64,000 bases of DNA from Paraphysomonas bandaiensis (Eukaryota > Protista > Chrysophyceae), in the NCBI GenBank assembly GCA_965644295.1, contig CBFFRP010000432.1, forward strand, positions 1 through 64,000, written 5' to 3'. The notes beneath the pieces are model-generated. The model saw nothing but the letters and a program-made list of their open reading frames with translations, was not told the origin of the DNA and searched no databases. A program made the translations under genes and the position numbers. Positions 63,004-64,000 of this stretch are shown here, one piece after another (the first letter of the stretch is position 1; each line of letters starts with the position of its first letter).

Positions 63004-64000
63004 TTACGCTCCATACAACTCATTAGCATCGTCTTCTCTATGCTGTAAAATTCTTTCATGCCACATTTCAATATAGTACAAAAAATTCATACTATCAGTA
63101 TTCACAATACCATCATCCACAGGGTTCCACACCACTGCCATTGTCTGTATTGGTGACTGTCCGATAAATTTGTAGGCATCTAGCGACGTAAATCCAAGAT
63201 TGATCTGGTGCACACATGTAAGTCTCAATATCGAAACAACAAAAGCATTACCATCATGGTTCCGAGGTTCAAGACATGTTGATAAAAATCAAACGTATAA
63301 ACTAATATATACGTAAAATTAAAGAACATGGGCAAATGATAAACTCACCAAGTTTAGGGTCGTAAGTGTATTTAGCTAGTTCTTTTCTGCGTATCCAGTG
63401 AGAACAGCAACGCGATAAATAACAATTTACCGTTTCGATAACAAAGATGTTCGACTAGAGCTGGAAAGTCCTGAGAATACTTCCCGGTCAACCAAAGACA
63501 TGTCCTCAACAATATGGCCAATATTTTCTGTTATGCTGGGCTCATTCCCAGGTTCAGTCACCACTACATCAACAGGTACCATGACGAGGAATACATATGT
63601 CTGGGTAGCCCACCTATAGCCTTAGCAGTTGAAACAAGAGGAGAAACTAAATAAGGGTGATCCCCTTCGAGGTTGATGCGCACAGCTGGCTGCATACTCC
63701 GCAGTATCCTTTGTATCTAACGTGAAACAACATCATGCTCGAAGACAAAAGCGCAGAGTAGGACCTACCCATCTGACTATCCATTGAGGTGGCAACGATG
63801 AGAAGGCGTGACTATATATTTGCCCTGTGTATACCTCAGAGAAAGCTATTGTACGTTTAAATCGACCCTGTACAACAGCCTCAAACACACGCTTTTTGCC
63901 ACTGCATATGCACAGAGAAATCAGTCTTCGTCAGTCAATGCCAAGTTACTGACCTGAAAAATTCCTTAGGTGAGTCTGCGAGCCCATCTACCAGGATGTA
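63004..64000 (-). CDS. DUF1769-like protein, 3' part (runs off the window)
   Basis: Spliced pieces SGKKRVFEAVVQGRFKR...VYTGQ...LPP and FIGQSPIQTMA...IEMWHERIL. Confidence 0.75.

Overview
This is eukaryotic nuclear DNA from a gene-dense genome with very short GT-AG introns (mostly ~45-80 nt) and the standard genetic code. A stramenopile (chrysophyte-like) source is my inference only. The first 10.5 kb is a transposon cluster: MITE pieces, a 5'-truncated RNase H-bearing non-LTR retrotransposon with a 15-bp target site duplication, and an intact Ty1/copia element with apparently identical 320-bp LTRs, PBS, PPT and ATATA TSD. The rest holds about 18 genes, mostly in head-to-head pairs. Recognisable ones are JMJD7, QDPR, a kinesin-7-like motor, an intronless ATP-grasp ligase, ELP1, GATD3/ES1, a membrane-anchored thioredoxin, mago nashi, an EamA transporter, HMG-CoA lyase, a DENND4-like Rab GEF and a partial DUF1769 gene. 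The best candidates for something new are three. (1) A ~1023-aa protein with an N-myristoylation motif, up to four PH/PTB-fold modules, a clathrin-box linker and an AP-2 alpha-adaptin ear but no adaptin trunk, i.e. a possible monomeric clathrin adaptor. (2) A 2.3-kb element with 24-bp terminal inverted repeats embedded between two long (TATG)n arrays. (3) A PGM1-like ATP-grasp ligase divergent from a decayed bacterial-type alpha/beta hydrolase. All family calls are motif recognition by eye; no database search was run.
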